64,000 bases of DNA, taken from NCBI GenBank assembly GCA_963674865.2, contig CAXXYE010000001.1:288001-352000 (forward strand), in the 5' to 3' direction. Each line of letters begins with the position of its first letter. The stretch's first letter is position 1. A model generated the notes under the pieces. It made no database searches. It worked only from the letters and a program-made list of their open reading frames with translations, and was not told the DNA's origin. Made by a program: the position numbers and the translations under genes. The DNA comes from Candidatus Hydrogenedentota bacterium. GTDB taxonomy: Bacteria; Hydrogenedentota; Hydrogenedentia; Hydrogenedentales; SLHB01. Shown one piece after another: positions 9,652 to 20,624 of this stretch.

Positions 9652-12600
9652 GTAGGGATGCGCGACAAGAGCCGTCTTGCGCGGACTGTTTGCCGCGTCC
9701 GATGCCGGCGAGGCTTGCGAGGTATCGTAAGGTCCAGGCTTGTAGGTCGTCGATGAGCGAGTAGAAAAGCGGCACGACGAAAAGCGTCAGGAGCGTTCCC
9801 ACGGCCAGCCCGCCGATCAGGGCGCGCCCCAATCCGATGAAAGAGACTCTTGCGCCGCCGATGCCCAGCGGCACGCAGCCAAGGATGGTCGTGAGCGCCG
9901 TCATCATGACGGGTCGCAGACGGTCCTTGCCCCCCTGCAGGATCGCTTCATTACGCGCCATGCCGTTTCGCCTAAGATGGTTGATGTGATCGACGATCAC
10001 GATCCCGTTGTTGACGATGATGCCCACCATGAGGATGCAGCCTACGAGCGCCACGCTATCCATCGGCGTCTGTGTGATGAACATGGCCCAGTAGACGCCG
10101 ATGAACGCCAGGGGTACCGAGGTAAGCACGGACAAGGGAAGGAAGTAGGACTCGAACAGGGTGGCCATGACGATGTAGATCAGCACCACGGCCAAGAGGA
10201 CGGCCGCGCGGAAGCTGGTCATGGTGGACTTCAACTCGGTGAGTTCCTGGCCCAGCTCGACGCTGTAGCCCGGCGGCAGGTCAAAGGATTCGATCAGGCT
10301 CTCAAGGTCGTCACGCACCTCGGAAAGGGCCTCGTTAACCGCTTTGGCCGTCACCGTAACGATATTCTTCGCGTTTTCGCGGCGGATGGCGCGAGGGCTG
10401 CGCACCTTGTCGAAACTCACCAGTTGGTTGATGGGGATCAATTCCCCCGTATCGCTCACCACGGCCACATTGTCCAGGTTGGCCTTTGTCTTCCGATCTT
10501 CCTCTCGGAACTGAGCCCAAACCGGTATCTCGCGCCCCCCTTGCTTGAGGTAGGTGAAGCGATTGCCCCGCAGGGCTAGGTCGATGCTCCGGGCAATCCG
10601 CGCCGGGCTGGTTCCGGCTTGCTCCGTCCGCTCCTCATTGATTCGGACGAGCACCTCTTCCTCATCGCGGTCCAGGTCCGTCTCGACATCGCCAATTCTC
10701 GGAACGCTCTCCATCAGCTTTCGCAGTCGCTCCGCGTACGCTGATAGGATCTGCGTATCGTCTCCTCTGAGGCGCAAGGACACCGACCCTTCCGACTGGC
10801 CCTGGTTCGCCTCTGCAATGGAGAACTTCAATTCAGCGCCTGGCAGACGCTTGGGCAAGAGTTCCCAGAGAATATCGCGCACTTGCTCCGTGGTAAGAGG
10901 CGGCTTTTCGCCGGGCGGCAGATCTTCTTCATCGACCAGGTAGATCTGGAACCGGCCCCCGCGCAAGCCGTGCCTCACGAAGATATTCCGGATGCCCAGT
11001 TCCTCGCGCAGTCCGTCGATACGGGCTTCGATATCCGCAAAGAGTTCCTGGGCCATAGGCTTGTCGAAGTTAGGATCCAGATCGACGCGCATGTCCACGC
11101 TGCGCATGTCCAACACGGGCACGCTCTCTGTTGGGACCCGCTCTTTCGCGACAACCACCGTCGCGATTCCCAGCAGAGCAACAAGCAACAACGTGGCCAG
11201 GCGCCATCGCATCACCAGGCCGAGCGTCCGGATATAGACTTGGACGAGCCTCTTGAACGGGTGGGCGTGCAAGAGTACGGCCAAGCGCGCGCTGCGAGGC
11301 CCTTTCGGCAGCCGTGGGGCAGGAAGCGTGGCTCGATACCATGGCAGATGCTCTCGCAGGGACTTCCGCGGTTTCATGCGGCTCACGGCCAAGGGCAACA
11401 CCGTAAGCGCGAGGATCAGGCTCGAGAACAAGGCCACCGCGACCGGCCCGCCGAACTGCTTCATGTACAACGCCATCATGCCCTTCTCCATATAGAGAAC
11501 CGGGATGAAGGCCACCGCCGTTGTCAACGTGGCGGCGGTGATCGCCATGCTGACCTCGCTCGCGCCGCGCTGCGCGCTCTCCATCTGATCATAGCCGAGC
11601 TGGTGGTACCGGACGATATTCTCGATGACGACAATGGAATTGTCCACGAGCATTCCGATGGCGATGATCATGGCGCTCATGGTGACGATGTTGAGCGTCA
11701 TCCCCGCGAAGAACATGAAGACGAGGCCCGCCAAGAGGGATGCGGGGATGGCCAGGGCCACCACGACTGTCGGCCTGAGACGCCGCAGGAATAGGAAGAG
11801 CACTACCAGGGCCATTACGCCGCCATATCTCCCCGCGCTGAGCAGTCCGTTGATAGACGATGTGATCAATTCGCCCTGGTTGAGAACCATCAGTTTCTCC
11901 GTTCCTTTGAATGCCGGTTCGGAGAGTGCTTGATCGAGTTCTTTCTCCAGTGCCTTGCACACGGCCACCGTATTCGCTTCCGATTCCTTCAGGATCGCTA
12001 CGAACACGCCGCCTTTGCCGTCGATGTGATAGTCGTAATCGATCTCCCGGGCCTGGTATCCCACGTGGGCGACGTCTTTGAGCTGCAGTCCATTCGGCCC
12101 CACAATGAGATCCGCGATGTCTTCGGGCCGGGTGAACTCACTTGCCACGCGCACGAAGTATTTGGTGCCTCCGTCGATGAGTTCTCCCGCCGATAGGTGC
12201 ACATTACTCGTCTGGAGACTGGCGACAATCTGGTAGATTCCGAGGTTCCGGCTTCCCAGGGCGGCCTGATCGAACTCGACGACGACATCCTCCTCCGGCT
12301 TGCTGTACACCGTTACATCGGCGACGCCGCCGATCCGCATCAGGCGTGGCACGAGGAATGTCCGCACGAGGTGTGCGAAATCGTCGGGATCCTTCTCGCT
12401 GAAGAGCGGGAATGCCATGATAGGCACGGCTTCTGAACTGAAGCGCCCCAGCACCATCTGGTCTACCGTCGCGGGCAACCGCAATCGGAGACGCTCCATG
12501 CGGTCCCGCACTTCAGCGGTGGCGAGGCCCATGTCCGTGTCCCAGTCGAAGTGCATATGTACGCTGCACCCATCCGCATCGGAACGCGTGGTGATGCGTT

Positions 12601-12841
12601 TGAGGTGGGACACCGTCCGGAATTCACCCTCCGCCGGGATGGCGATCTCGTTCTCCACCTGTTCCGGAGTCGCGCCGGGATATGGAATGTAGCAGCGGAT
12701 GAAGGGCGAATCCATCGCGGGAAGGAACTCGAGCGGTACTTTGTGTAGGGCGACGATTCCTAAACCGAGCACGGTGATCACCAGCATGGACACCGTGACG
12801 GGGCGGCGTATCGCGGCCGCTGGCAGCGACACCCATCTCAC
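9638..12841 (-). CDS. RND efflux permease, AcrB/AcrD/AcrF family
   Basis: 1067 aa; RRPVTV N-terminus, YPGATPEQVE, GMLVDNSIVVIEN, GIIVNNGIVIVD, RLRPVMMT. Confidence 0.95.
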   Translation of the reverse strand: MRWVSLPAAAIRRPVTVSMLVITVLGLGIVALHKVPLEFLPAMDSPFIRCYIPYPGATPEQVENEIAIPAEGEFRTVSHLKRITTRSDADGCSVHMHFDWDTDMGLATAEVRDRMERLRLRLPATVDQMVLGRFSSEAVPIMAFPLFSEKDPDDFAHLVRTFLVPRLMRIGGVADVTVYSKPEEDVVVEFDQAALGSRNLGIYQIVASLQTSNVHLSAGELIDGGTKYFVRVASEFTRPEDIADLIVGPNGLQLKDVAHVGYQAREIDYDYHIDGKGGVFVAILKESEANTVAVCKALEKELDQALSEPAFKGTEKLMVLNQGELITSSINGLLSAGRYGGVMALVVLFLFLRRLRPTVVVALAIPASLLAGLVFMFFAGMTLNIVTMSAMIIAIGMLVDNSIVVIENIVRYHQLGYDQMESAQRGASEVSMAITAATLTTAVAFIPVLYMEKGMMALYMKQFGGPVAVALFSSLILALTVLPLAVSRMKPRKSLREHLPWYRATLPAPRLPKGPRSARLAVLLHAHPFKRLVQVYIRTLGLVMRWRLATLLLVALLGIATVVVAKERVPTESVPVLDMRSVDMRVDLDPNFDKPMAQELFADIEARIDGLREELGIRNIFVRHGLRGGRFQIYLVDEEDLPPGEKPPLTTEQVRDILWELLPKRLPGAELKFSIAEANQGQSEGSVSLRLRGDDTQILSAYAERLRKLMESVPRIGDVETDLDRDEEEVLVRINEERTEQAGTSPARIARSIDLALRGNRFTYLKQGGREIPVWAQFREEDRKTKANLDNVAVVSDTGELIPINQLVSFDKVRSPRAIRRENAKNIVTVTAKAVNEALSEVRDDLESLIESFDLPPGYSVELGQELTELKSTMTSFRAAVLLAVVLIYIVMATLFESYFLPLSVLTSVPLAFIGVYWAMFITQTPMDSVALVGCILMVGIIVNNGIVIVDHINHLRRNGMARNEAILQGGKDRLRPVMMTALTTILGCVPLGIGGARVSFIGLGRALIGGLAVGTLLTLFVVPLFYSLIDDLQAWTLRYLASLAGIGRGKQSAQDGSCRASLLRAE

Positions 12842-15800
12842 CGATCACGCCCCCCGAACAGGTAGTAGGCCATGGGGATGATGAAGAGCGTCAATACCGT
12901 GGCGGATGTGAGGCCCGCCATCACCGTAATGGCAATCGGCCGGCGTATCTCCGCGCCCTCGCCCGTCCAGAAGGCCATTGGGATAAGCCCGAGCACGGTT
13001 GTTAACGTCGTCATTACGATGGGGCGCAGCCTTACCACGCCTGCTTGCACGAGCGCGTCGGTTTTGGCCAGGCCCCGGCGGCGAAGTTGGTTGACGTAAT
13101 CCACCAAAACAATCGCGTCGTTCACGACGATGCCCGCCAGTACGATTCCCCCGATGAAGACGACCACGCTGAGGTCGATGGAGAGCCAGTCAAGAACATA
13201 TATCACGCCGATAAATGCCAGCGGCACGCTGAACATGATTAGGGCCGGGTGCCACACCGATTCGAACTGGCAGGCCATCACCACATACACCAGAAAGACG
13301 GCCAGGGCCAGGGCGAACATCAGACTGCGGTATGAGGTGCGCAGCTCCCGGTTCTGGCCTCCGAGCAAAAACTGGTAATCAGCGGGCTTCTCGATGCCTT
13401 GAATCCGCGCCATGACCTCGTCGCCCACGGAGCCCAGGTCGCGGCCTTCGACGTTCGCCGTGACAACGACCACCTGCTGCTGGTCGATGCGACGGATCTC
13501 GCTCGGGCCTTCCTGGACGCGTAGGCCCGCCACCGAGGCCAGCGAGACGGGCGGATAGCCGTCGGTTACCGACATATTGCGCAGATCATTGAGGCTACTC
13601 AGTTTAGCCTGGTCGGATCGCACGCGAATATCGACTTTCTCGCCGCCACGGTTGAAGCGCGTAGCCACGTCGCCCTGCACCTCGGTTCGGAGGCGCTCCG
13701 CTACCTGTCCGGGGGAGAGGTCTTTGGCCGCGAGGAGATCGCGGTCAAACTCGATGATAATCTCCGGATATCCGGCCCTCACACTCAATTCCGCGTCCTT
13801 GAGGCCGTCGATGCCGCGGATTCTCTCCAGAGCTTGTTGGCCTACGCGGCGGAGTTCGTTGGGATCGTCGCCGCGTATCTGCAGTTCGAGTGCATTCTTG
13901 AACGTGAAAAGCGTCGGCAGCGTGAAGGTGATCTCGTCGTCGGGGAACATGCCGCTGACCTTGCGTCGCAGCGCCTCCATGATCTCATCCTGCCGCGCCG
14001 CATTGCGCTCCCGATCCTTTAGAGACACATTGAACTGTGCAATATTCTCTCCGCGGCTTCCCGCGTCCGCCGACAGTTGCTCGCTGCCCACTTCGGCCGA
14101 GACAGCCTCGACTTCGGGCATCCCCATAGCGATCTCTACGAATCGTCGGGCGCGGCGATCCGTTTCCTCCAGACGGGTGCCCGCCGGAGCCTCGAGACGT
14201 ACGCCGAACTCTCCCTGTTTCATGGGGGGGATCAGTTCCCGGCCCAAGGTCAAGGCCCTGCCCGCCGCGTGGACGGCCAGGCCCCCTACAATGAGAAGAA
14301 AGACGGGACTGAGCCGGAGGGCCCATCGAAGACTTGCACCATATGCTTCGCGAAAGGCCTTGAAACTGGTGTCAAATGCCTGTAGAGGCAGCCACAAGAC
14401 AACGCGGAATACCCAGCCTGCCCCACGTACCACGGCCAATGCCGCGATGGAAAAGAGGAAAAGGCCGGTAATTGCCCCGGTGGCCAGGCCCTTCAAACAC
14501 GCGTGAATCAACAGCACGGCGCTGAGGGGAACCGTAAGCGCCACCATGGCCACAGCCCTAGACAATAGCACGAGTGGACGGAGGATCTTGGCGAGAAGCG
14601 TCGCCCGCGGAGCTCCCGGCTCCGGTGGGTGTTCTCGCACCAGTATGCCTACGGCAGGCCGAAGCGTCGTCTTCGTGGTGATCTGAAGCCACTTCATCGC
14701 ATCGCGTAGGCCGTAGGGGATTATTAGTGCCAGTGCCGCCGGCCTCCCATGGCTGCCGTGGCGTGCCTCGCGGTAGCAGCGCAAGAGCCACACTACTTCC
14801 CGGTCGGCCAACACCGCCAAGCGCTGGCGCGAGACAATCATTGGAATGAGGTAGAGCGCTACCAAGAGGGAGGCGAGCAGTGAAAACGCGACTGTCAGCG
14901 CCAGATCGCCGAAGAGCTGGCCGGCCACGCCTTCCACGAACGCGATGGGGAGGAAGACGGCGATCGTCGTGAGCGTCGAGGCCGTCACGGCGCTGCTGAC
15001 CTCGCGCGTGCCGCGGTCCGCCGCGCTCACTGGATCGTCTCCTTCCTCCTTGCAGCGGAAGATGCTCTCAAGCACCACGATCGAGTTGTCGACGAGCATC
15101 CCGACACCCAGGGCGAGCCCGCCGAGGGACATGATGTTGAACGAGATGCCCCGCACATACATGGGAATGAAGGTTGCGATCACGGAGATGGGGATGGCCA
15201 GGCCGACCACGGCCGTGCTTCTTAGCTCGCGAAGGAAGAAGAAGAGGATCACCAGCGCCAGTATGCCGCCGTAAATGGCGGTGCGTTGGACTTCCCTGAT
15301 GGAGGCAACGATGAACTGAGATTGATCGCTGATAACCGCGAATTGTGTATCGCCAGGCAGGCGCGCGCGCAGCGTCTTTGTTTTCTGGCGAGCTCCCTCG
15401 GATGCGGGAGACGCCACGCCCGCTTGGCCTTTCGAGGCCCGCTTGGCCAGGGAGCTTGAGATGCGCTCCGACAGTGTCGCCGTGCGCTCAAAACCCAACA
15501 GGTCTTTCAGCTTGTTGCAGACGTCGACCGTATTGGCGTCGCCTTCTTTGTGAATCTCAAGGATGACGGCCTCACGTCCGCTGATCCGCGCGATGGTTTC
15601 GCGCTCTTTTTCGCCCGAGATGACATCGGCCACCTCGCCAAGTCGAATGTACTTGCCCCCGGGGCGGCCCACGATCACGTCGCCGATCTCGTCAACATTC
15701 TCAAATTCATTGAGTGTTCTGACAAGATACTCCGTCTTACCTTCTTTCAACCGGCCTCCCGAAAGGTTGATGTTCTGTTCCGAGAGGCTACCGACCACGT

Positions 15801-16497
15801 TCTCCGGGCCTATGCCAAGGCTCTTGAGCCGTTCGGAGTTCAACAGGATCTGAATTTCCTCTTCGCGCCCCCCCTTGACAAGCACCTGTGCGATGCCGAT
15901 TTCCGCTTCGAGGTCATTCTTGAGATAGCGCTCGGCCACTTCTCGGATGCGCGTCAGATCCCGCTGCTCTTGCTCTTGTGCCTCCCCCGCCGTCGCCTCG
16001 GGGGATGGGGGAGGGCCGGTGATAGCGATGCACAAGACCGGGTCGAGGCCCGGGTCGTAGCGAAGGATGACCGGCTTCTCCGTGACCTCCGACGGGGCCT
16101 CGAAGAGGTCTAGGCGATCCCGGACGTCCTGCTGGGCCATGTTCATGTCCGTATCCCACGTGAACTCAAGGACAATCTCCGAGAGCCCGGGTGAGGATAC
16201 GCTGCTGATTTCGACAAGGCCGCTGACGATGCTTAGATTCTCCTCCAAAGGACGCGTGAGCAGTTTCTCGACGTCTTCAGGCGCTGCCCCCTCGTACTCC
16301 GTCCTTACCGTCAGCGTGGGATAGGAGATGTCCGGCATCAGCTTGATGGGAAGCTGTTGGTAGGATTTCCAGCCGAATACGACGAGTGTCAGGAACAGCA
16401 TACCCGTCGCCACGGGGCGTTCAATGGCCAAGCGCCGCACAACGCCCTTCTCGATGGGAGCGGTAGCTTGTGAGGTGGTTTCGTTTGCCGGGGCCAC
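12838..16497 (-). CDS. RND efflux permease, AcrB/AcrD/AcrF family
   Basis: 1219 aa; ERPVATGM, YEGAAPEDVE, GMLVDNSIVVLES, GIVVNDAIVLVD, RLRPIVMT; overlaps both neighbours. Confidence 0.95.
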   Translation of the reverse strand: MAPANETTSQATAPIEKGVVRRLAIERPVATGMLFLTLVVFGWKSYQQLPIKLMPDISYPTLTVRTEYEGAAPEDVEKLLTRPLEENLSIVSGLVEISSVSSPGLSEIVLEFTWDTDMNMAQQDVRDRLDLFEAPSEVTEKPVILRYDPGLDPVLCIAITGPPPSPEATAGEAQEQEQRDLTRIREVAERYLKNDLEAEIGIAQVLVKGGREEEIQILLNSERLKSLGIGPENVVGSLSEQNINLSGGRLKEGKTEYLVRTLNEFENVDEIGDVIVGRPGGKYIRLGEVADVISGEKERETIARISGREAVILEIHKEGDANTVDVCNKLKDLLGFERTATLSERISSSLAKRASKGQAGVASPASEGARQKTKTLRARLPGDTQFAVISDQSQFIVASIREVQRTAIYGGILALVILFFFLRELRSTAVVGLAIPISVIATFIPMYVRGISFNIMSLGGLALGVGMLVDNSIVVLESIFRCKEEGDDPVSAADRGTREVSSAVTASTLTTIAVFLPIAFVEGVAGQLFGDLALTVAFSLLASLLVALYLIPMIVSRQRLAVLADREVVWLLRCYREARHGSHGRPAALALIIPYGLRDAMKWLQITTKTTLRPAVGILVREHPPEPGAPRATLLAKILRPLVLLSRAVAMVALTVPLSAVLLIHACLKGLATGAITGLFLFSIAALAVVRGAGWVFRVVLWLPLQAFDTSFKAFREAYGASLRWALRLSPVFLLIVGGLAVHAAGRALTLGRELIPPMKQGEFGVRLEAPAGTRLEETDRRARRFVEIAMGMPEVEAVSAEVGSEQLSADAGSRGENIAQFNVSLKDRERNAARQDEIMEALRRKVSGMFPDDEITFTLPTLFTFKNALELQIRGDDPNELRRVGQQALERIRGIDGLKDAELSVRAGYPEIIIEFDRDLLAAKDLSPGQVAERLRTEVQGDVATRFNRGGEKVDIRVRSDQAKLSSLNDLRNMSVTDGYPPVSLASVAGLRVQEGPSEIRRIDQQQVVVVTANVEGRDLGSVGDEVMARIQGIEKPADYQFLLGGQNRELRTSYRSLMFALALAVFLVYVVMACQFESVWHPALIMFSVPLAFIGVIYVLDWLSIDLSVVVFIGGIVLAGIVVNDAIVLVDYVNQLRRRGLAKTDALVQAGVVRLRPIVMTTLTTVLGLIPMAFWTGEGAEIRRPIAITVMAGLTSATVLTLFIIPMAYYLFGGRDR

Positions 16498-17807
16498 TAT
16501 GGCTTACTCTCGCTCTTGGCCTTCTGCGCACTCTCCTCGCGCTTGCGCGTCGCCTCCGCCAGAGCCTCCTCGATGGGCACATCACCCTTCTCGCTCAGTG
16601 CATCCTCCACCGATGTCAGCGTGACCTCGGTGCCGTGCTTGAGCGTGTGCTGTCCCATTGTGACCACCAGCGCGTCCGCCTCGATGCCGTCCAGTATCTC
16701 CACAAACTGGCTGTCCTCCAGGCCGACCTTCACCTCAACCTGCTCGGCCACGAAGCGCAGTTCCTCGGGCGCAGCCATGTCCTTCTTTGCCTGAGCGCCA
16801 TCACCGCTCTCAGACTTGCCGCCTTCGTCCGGTGGGGGGGCTTGGGCCTCTTGCACGTCTGGTTCCTGTTCTTTCGTAGGTTCACGTAGGACGAATACGT
16901 ACTTTCTTACATTCTTATCGACCACGGCGTTCTTGGGCAGAAGGATGGCGTTATGATGCGTGTCGGTTACCAGGCGCACCCAGGCATAGGCCCCGTCGAT
17001 AAGCCGCTCACGCGTTTCTGCGTCAAAATCGAGCGTGACTCTGAATGTAAGGCTGACGGGGTCGATCCCCGGATTGATCCGGCGTATATGCGCCTCGAAC
17101 TCCTGGCCATCCAGGGCGTCGATACGCACCAGTGCCGCCTGACCTTCCCGCAGACGCGGCAAGTCCAGGTCCTGGACATCGATCACGAGCATGAAGGTGT
17201 TGGGGTCGACAATGCTGAATACGGAGCTCCCGGCGCTTATGAATTGCCCAGGCTGGATGTCTTTCCGCGTGACAAGTCCCGAGATGGGTGCGCGAATCGT
17301 CAGATTCTCCACCTGGATACGCTGCAATTCCACGTTCGCCAGGCCCTGTTCGTAGGTGAAGCGGGCGGCGTCCGCGTCCTGATCGCTATAAAGCGAAGCA
17401 CCGTCCTCTTCGCGCCCCTTCTTTACACGGTCATAGTCGGCCTTGTTCTTTCGGAGCTGGACTTCCGCCTGATGCAGCGATGCTTGGGCCTGCTTCTTGT
17501 CCAACTCCGCCAGAACATCGCCCGCGTCCACCGTGTCCCCCTCTTCGACGCGAACGCTGACGCACCTTCCCGTGCCTTCGGCCATGACTTCGACCCGAGC
17601 CTCTGCTTCGACGCGCGAGTTCGTCTCGAAGTAGGACGAGATGTCGGCCCGCGTTGGACGTGTTGCCTGCACAGGAATGGTGGCTGCCTTCGGATCTTCA
17701 CTCACTGTGTCGGCTGGACTGGCTTTTCCCGCCGTCTTCTTCGGGAAGCAGCCGGCCAAACCGAGCAGGGCTGTTGCTAATACCAATAAAGTCAGTAGGT
17801 TACGCAT
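16497..17807 (-). CDS. RND periplasmic adaptor (membrane fusion protein), lipoprotein
   Basis: Lipobox LAGC after ATG 17807 (RBS GGAGG); lipoyl half-motifs VEEGDTVDAGDVLAELD and IRAPISG flanking an alpha-hairpin. Confidence 0.92.
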   Translation of the reverse strand: MRNLLTLLVLATALLGLAGCFPKKTAGKASPADTVSEDPKAATIPVQATRPTRADISSYFETNSRVEAEARVEVMAEGTGRCVSVRVEEGDTVDAGDVLAELDKKQAQASLHQAEVQLRKNKADYDRVKKGREEDGASLYSDQDADAARFTYEQGLANVELQRIQVENLTIRAPISGLVTRKDIQPGQFISAGSSVFSIVDPNTFMLVIDVQDLDLPRLREGQAALVRIDALDGQEFEAHIRRINPGIDPVSLTFRVTLDFDAETRERLIDGAYAWVRLVTDTHHNAILLPKNAVVDKNVRKYVFVLREPTKEQEPDVQEAQAPPPDEGGKSESGDGAQAKKDMAAPEELRFVAEQVEVKVGLEDSQFVEILDGIEADALVVTMGQHTLKHGTEVTLTSVEDALSEKGDVPIEEALAEATRKREESAQKAKSESKP

Positions 17808-17978
17808 TCCACCTCCACGTCTATAGAAGATCCACCACAGGCCGCACCCTTTGTGGGCTCTCGGCTTCGTCGTGCTCTCGGCGACACATCGAGCAGGCAT
17901 TGCCTGCCTCAATAACCTCAACTTAGACTCTCATTTACGCGTTACGGTTTCGCCTGTATTGACACCCTTACGAAAGCG

Positions 17979-19553
17979 TCACGGTTCTTCCGGGGCGCTG
18001 TCTCCGAGCCCCCAGCAGAACACCGTTACGTCTTCACTGGACGCCTCGGGAAGTCGCGTCATGTGGGCTTCCACCCAGGCCACATCTTCCGCCAGAAAGT
18101 CAAACCGATAGAACCGCCACCACTCCGCCAGGAAGTACCCCTTCGGATGCGCCGCCACGAAATCCCGCAAGGCGGCCACATCCGCCAATCCCGCGATTCC
18201 TGACTCGTCCTTTTCCCACGGGAGCGTCCTGCTGGGATACCAACTGTCGCACCGCCCGACGTAATAGAGCGCCGGAAGGTACATCGTGGACAGTACCACC
18301 GTGCCGTCCAGACGTTCCCGGACATACTGACAAGGCTGTCGCCATTGCGGGTGTTTCCGGGCGAGAGTAACATCCGCCCCGCGCGCCACTTCCAAGGAGT
18401 CTCCCACGAGCCGCGCGGTAGACCAGGCGAGCCGGAGTCCGAAGGCTACGACGGCGATCGCAAGCACCGTCCGTATCCAAGAGCGTTTTGCCGTTGTCAG
18501 GAAGCGGGCCAGGGCAACCAGCGCAAAGGAGAAGGCGGCGGCGTAGAAAGGGAAAGCAAAATACATGAAGCGTGGGCGCCGGTAGCCTACCAGCCACGTC
18601 AGCACGCACACCGGAACCCAGAACGCCGACGCGGCAAAGAGGCCGCGCCTCCCGGCTCGTGGCAGCATAAGGGCCGTGCCGGCCAATGCGAGCGCGAAAT
18701 AGGCTGTGCTCAGGTTGTCATAGAGCCACCTGAGGTAGAAGTCCCTGTCTTGTCGGTAAGCGTCCTCAAGGTCTCCGCCCAGTCCGCCGCCGGCGAAGAT
18801 GGCCAACTGATCTCCCTTGGGCAGGGTGAGCCGGTAGAGGCACAGCGTGACTAGTCCCACCACGGCGACGCCGGCGCAGACCAGCGTCCACCGCGACTTG
18901 AGCCGCTTCGCATGGGCCGCCATCGCGAGCGCGTACACTCCAAGGGGGAGCAAGAACAGGATGGAGTGGAGCGATGTGGCCGCACCCGCCAGATAGGCCA
19001 GCAGGCATGCCGCCGCCCATTTCATGGACGCCCGGTGACTGTCCGCTTCGAGCATGCGCCACGCGGCGTAGAGCATACACAGGTACAGCAACTGCTGGAG
19101 CGCATAGGGCCTTGCCTCCCGCGACCACGCGACGGACCATGGCGACAGCGCCAGGGCGAATGCCGCCACGATGCCGCAAGCGCGCCCGAGGAGCGTTCGC
19201 GTCACCACGTAGGTTAGTCCCACGCACGCCGCTCCCAGGAGCACCGACGGCGTCCTTACTGCCGCTTCCCCGTCGCCGAGGAAGCGTATGAAGGCAGCCA
19301 ATATCGCATTGTATAGCGACGCGTTTACGTAGGGGCGCCCACTCGGGAGTAGGAAGTGCCCCGTGGCGGCCACGCTCTTGGCGACGAACACGTGGACGAG
19401 TTCGTCGTGCCAAAGGCTAGGTGTGCCCAAATGGGAGAATCCCAGCGCGAGCGACGTGGCAACAGCCGCCGCCAGCAGGCCGTACTCCCATATCTGCGGC
19501 GGGGCGTTGTCCCCCGTGAGGCGGCCGGCATGCCATGGTGGATGCTCAGGCAT
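17979..19553 (-). CDS. GT-C fold membrane glycosyltransferase (GT39/PMT-like or ArnT-like)
   Basis: SLWHDE motif after the first TM, R.PSVLLG, SREARPY, and many TM segments. Confidence 0.8.
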   Translation of the reverse strand: MPEHPPWHAGRLTGDNAPPQIWEYGLLAAAVATSLALGFSHLGTPSLWHDELVHVFVAKSVAATGHFLLPSGRPYVNASLYNAILAAFIRFLGDGEAAVRTPSVLLGAACVGLTYVVTRTLLGRACGIVAAFALALSPWSVAWSREARPYALQQLLYLCMLYAAWRMLEADSHRASMKWAAACLLAYLAGAATSLHSILFLLPLGVYALAMAAHAKRLKSRWTLVCAGVAVVGLVTLCLYRLTLPKGDQLAIFAGGGLGGDLEDAYRQDRDFYLRWLYDNLSTAYFALALAGTALMLPRAGRRGLFAASAFWVPVCVLTWLVGYRRPRFMYFAFPFYAAAFSFALVALARFLTTAKRSWIRTVLAIAVVAFGLRLAWSTARLVGDSLEVARGADVTLARKHPQWRQPCQYVRERLDGTVVLSTMYLPALYYVGRCDSWYPSRTLPWEKDESGIAGLADVAALRDFVAAHPKGYFLAEWWRFYRFDFLAEDVAWVEAHMTRLPEASSEDVTVFCWGLGDSAPEEP

Positions 19554-19855
19554 CTTGCCCCCGGGCGCCTCTGCTCCCCGTGTGGTCCTGATGAATCATG
19601 ACGGGATTGTAGATGATGGCACCTCGCCACGGCCAGTGCCGCGTGCGGGGCGTTCTCGCCTTCGATGGCCTCGAGTGTGGCGTTGCGGGTGACGCCTAAT
19701 CGGGGCCTTCGGCCAAGTTGCGGCACGCCAATAGATTATGCTAGTCTCTGTCGCTACGTGCGGGTGTGCCGCAGGGAGATGCTTGGGCGCGGGGAATCGA
19801 ATAAAACCGTGTCCGGAGCAAACCAATCCAAACAGGCTGAGGGAAGGGAAGTTTC

Positions 19856-20611
19856 GTGAGGAAACCGCTCATCGCTGGGAACTGGAAGTTGAACAAGCTT
19901 GTTGGCGAGGCCATGGAAACCGTCAACGTGCTCAAGCCGCTGGTCGCGGACGTCGCCGATGTAGATATCGTCGTCTGCCCGACGTACACGGCACTGTATG
20001 CCGTGGGCGAGGCGCTTAAAGGCTCAAACGTCGAGATGGGCGCCCAGAATGCCTACACCCAGGAGAGCGGAGCCTATACCGGCGAGATTTCGCCGCAGAT
20101 GCTGTTGGACGTGGGATGCGCGTGGACCATCATCGGCCACAGCGAACGCCGGCAGTACTTCAAGGAAGACGACCAATTCCTCAACGAAAAGCTGAAATTC
20201 GCTCTCAAGAGCGGCCTGAAGGTTATGTTCTGCATCGGCGAGACCCTCGACGAGCGCAACGGCGGCAAGATGAACGATGTACTGAGCCGCCAGGTTGTCA
20301 ATGGGCTTGCAGGGCTTGCGGAAGCCGACTTCGCGAACATGGCTATCGCCTACGAGCCCATCTGGGCCATCGGCACGGGCGTTACCGCTACGCCCGAGCA
20401 GGCCGAGGAGGCCCACGCTTTTGTTCGTGGCCTCGTCAAGGAGCAGTTCGGAGAAACCATTGCCGCGCAATTGCGGATTCAATACGGTGGGAGCGTAAAA
20501 CCCGATAATGCGGCCGAACTCATGGCCAAAGAGAATGTCGACGGCGCGCTGGTCGGCGGTGCGGCGCTGAAGGCTGATAGCTTCGCGGCCATCGTCAAAG
20601 CCGGCGCCTAG
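19856..20611 (+). CDS. tpiA: Triosephosphate isomerase
   Basis: IAGNWK, GAYTGE, IIGHSERR, AYEPIWAIGTG, YGGSV, GALVGGA. Confidence 0.99.
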   Translation: MRKPLIAGNWKLNKLVGEAMETVNVLKPLVADVADVDIVVCPTYTALYAVGEALKGSNVEMGAQNAYTQESGAYTGEISPQMLLDVGCAWTIIGHSERRQYFKEDDQFLNEKLKFALKSGLKVMFCIGETLDERNGGKMNDVLSRQVVNGLAGLAEADFANMAIAYEPIWAIGTGVTATPEQAEEAHAFVRGLVKEQFGETIAAQLRIQYGGSVKPDNAAELMAKENVDGALVGGAALKADSFAAIVKAGA

Positions 20612-20624
20612 GAGGGTGTAGCTC

